A stretch of 32,000 nucleotides of DNA from Pleurocapsa sp. PCC 7327 (GTDB taxonomy: Bacteria > Cyanobacteriota > Cyanobacteriia > Cyanobacteriales > Microcystaceae): contig NC_019689.1 in the NCBI RefSeq assembly GCF_000317025.1, positions 3,208,024 through 3,240,023 on the forward strand. Reading direction: 5' to 3'. Below are positions 31,609 through 32,000 of the stretch, one piece after another; positions within the stretch are counted from its first letter, which is position 1; each line of letters opens with the position of its first letter. Both the position numbers and the translations under genes were made by a program. The notes below the pieces were generated by a model. The model made no database searches. It was not told where the DNA came from and saw only the letters and a list, made by a program, of their open reading frames with translations.

Positions 31609-32000
31609 AGCTACATCAGTGTTAAGGTTAGAAATCTTCCGCCTCTTCTAACTTTATAGAACCGTTTCCATAGATATGCAAGTTAGATCTTGAAAATTTA
31701 GTTGGAGGAAGATATGATTCTTCCTCATTCAGAATGATTGGCGATAAGCTTTAATTGAAAAAAATCTATTTTCATCAGAAAAAGCGATCGCTCTCGAAAA
31801 TCTTTTTTCTGGATGCGAGTTAGAGATACTCCGTCGTTTCGCGGTAGAGCCTCGACGGACGACTTGAGTAGGCGAACTTCTTTGCCCACCGCGTTCTCCT
31901 CTAACTTCGTGAGAATCGCTCTCGCTTTCTGGCTTGTATCTATCTAAGGAGAGGTGGATTGGTTAGAGTCATCTTGCTCGTTGTGGCTGCGGTTGTAGGC

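Overview
This is a cyanobacterial chromosomal window. The HIP1 octamer GCGATCGC is frequent, and an HLIP gene, an Rcp1-type regulator and CHAT/CHASE2/DUF1822/DUF928 genes are present. All family calls come from motifs read in the translations, not from searches. I can support about 32 CDSs, and I found no rRNA, tRNA or CRISPR array.

Layout:
- (a) 1-3.9 kb: a truncated gene, three small exported-protein ORFs, a membrane protein and a vapBC toxin-antitoxin pair. This segment is bracketed by two direct copies of an intergenic repeat.
- (b) 4.0-9.9 kb: a tightly packed plus-strand operon that looks AT-rich and contains no HIP1 site. It encodes an LRAT/NlpC-P60-like protein, an M28 peptidase, a membrane-anchored Hsp70-like ATPase with no substrate-binding domain, a repeat-containing coiled-coil protein, small ORFs and an M48-like HExxH peptidase.
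- (c) 9.9-16.0 kb: a minus-strand operon of four translationally coupled genes. In order they encode an atypical sigma-like protein, DUF1822, a CHAT (caspase-like) plus CHASE2 membrane protein, and a secreted DUF928 protein. This is my top candidate for an uncharacterised system.
- (d) 16.4-21.5 kb: an orphan C5 DNA methyltransferase, exonuclease III, an HI0933-type flavoprotein, a DUF697/EcsC-like membrane protein and a 47-aa HLIP gene missing from the ORF track.
- (e) 21.8-25.0 kb: a P2-type cation ATPase with an HMA-like N-terminal extension, an in-frame heptamer tandem array and a Lys-rich tail encoded by a polypurine tract.
- (f) 25.1-26.7 kb: a MetK-like gene with substitutions in conserved catalytic motifs, bracketed by two copies of a MITE-like element.
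- (g) 26.9-31.3 kb: a sensor-less REC/histidine-kinase phosphorelay operon, a NarL-type regulator and csbD.
- (h) 31.4-31.7 kb: a cluster of hairpin repeats.
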